Source: an uncultured Alphaproteobacteria bacterium
GTDB lineage: Bacteria; Pseudomonadota; Alphaproteobacteria; Rhodobacterales; Rhodobacteraceae
Direction: 5' to 3'
NCBI GenBank assembly: GCA_902570265.1
Contig: CACFXF010000009.1
Span: forward strand, 1,231-65,230
Length of the DNA: 64,000 nt
Below, in pieces: positions 63,915 through 64,000 of this stretch. Position 1 is the stretch's first letter; every line of letters begins with the position of its first letter. Below the pieces are notes generated by a model. It was not told the origin of the DNA and did no database searches. It saw only the letters and a program-made list of their open reading frames with translations. The translations under genes and the position numbers were made by a program.

Positions 63915-64000
63915 ATGGAACTTACACTAGATCAAGCATTAATAAAGGGTGTTGAAGCCCAAAAAGCTGGTAAGTTGCAAGAGGCTGATCATTATTATAC
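63915..64000 (+). CDS. 5' end of a probable TPR-repeat protein (continues beyond the window)
   Basis: MELTLDQALIKGVEAQKAGKLQEADHYY looks like the first helix pair of a TPR motif. Only 28 codons are visible. Confidence 0.35.
   Translation, partial: MELTLDQALIKGVEAQKAGKLQEADHYY

Overview
This is an AT-rich (by eye about 30% G+C, not computed), tightly packed bacterial chromosome segment. The gene content, several 4-bp gene overlaps and a tRNA-His with no encoded G-1 suggest a streamlined marine alphaproteobacterium, SAR11/Pelagibacterales-like; that assignment is inference. From about 15.7 to 59 kb the window is ordinary core metabolism. It holds a TAXI-TRAP transporter, a cupin resembling DddL/DddQ DMSP lyases, and a upp-deoB-deoA-cdd / deoC-ALDH nucleoside catabolism cluster. 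It also holds a prpE-maeB-mcm-pccA-pccB propionate/methylmalonyl cluster, yebC, an SLC13 permease and a ymdB-like gene. Further on are 5-FCL with a probable 6S RNA, tRNA-His, aminotransferases, efp, suhB, ygfZ, an MsbA-like ABC exporter, valS, tolC, pcm and tRNA-Cys. The unusual part is about 0.8-15.7 kb, an accessory region divided by five same-orientation copies of a repeat I do not recognise. It contains a GLIC-like ligand-gated channel gene that ends after M3 exactly at the first repeat, and small secreted or metal-binding cassettes. It also holds a 7.4-kb block flanked by about 360-bp direct repeats made from the 5' region of a GFA-family gene, with a tyrosine-recombinase remnant. That block's cargo is a 1513-aa DUF4347/cadherin/RTX protein, a TbpB-like surface lipoprotein and a small outer-membrane barrel. 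Three disrupted genes follow it. Other points worth a second look are an orphan, very AT-rich soxA-like/soxG-position pair and a tRNA-Cys-adjacent DUF1800/DUF1501 pair with extra domains. All family assignments come from motifs read by eye. No searches, folds or identity calculations were run.
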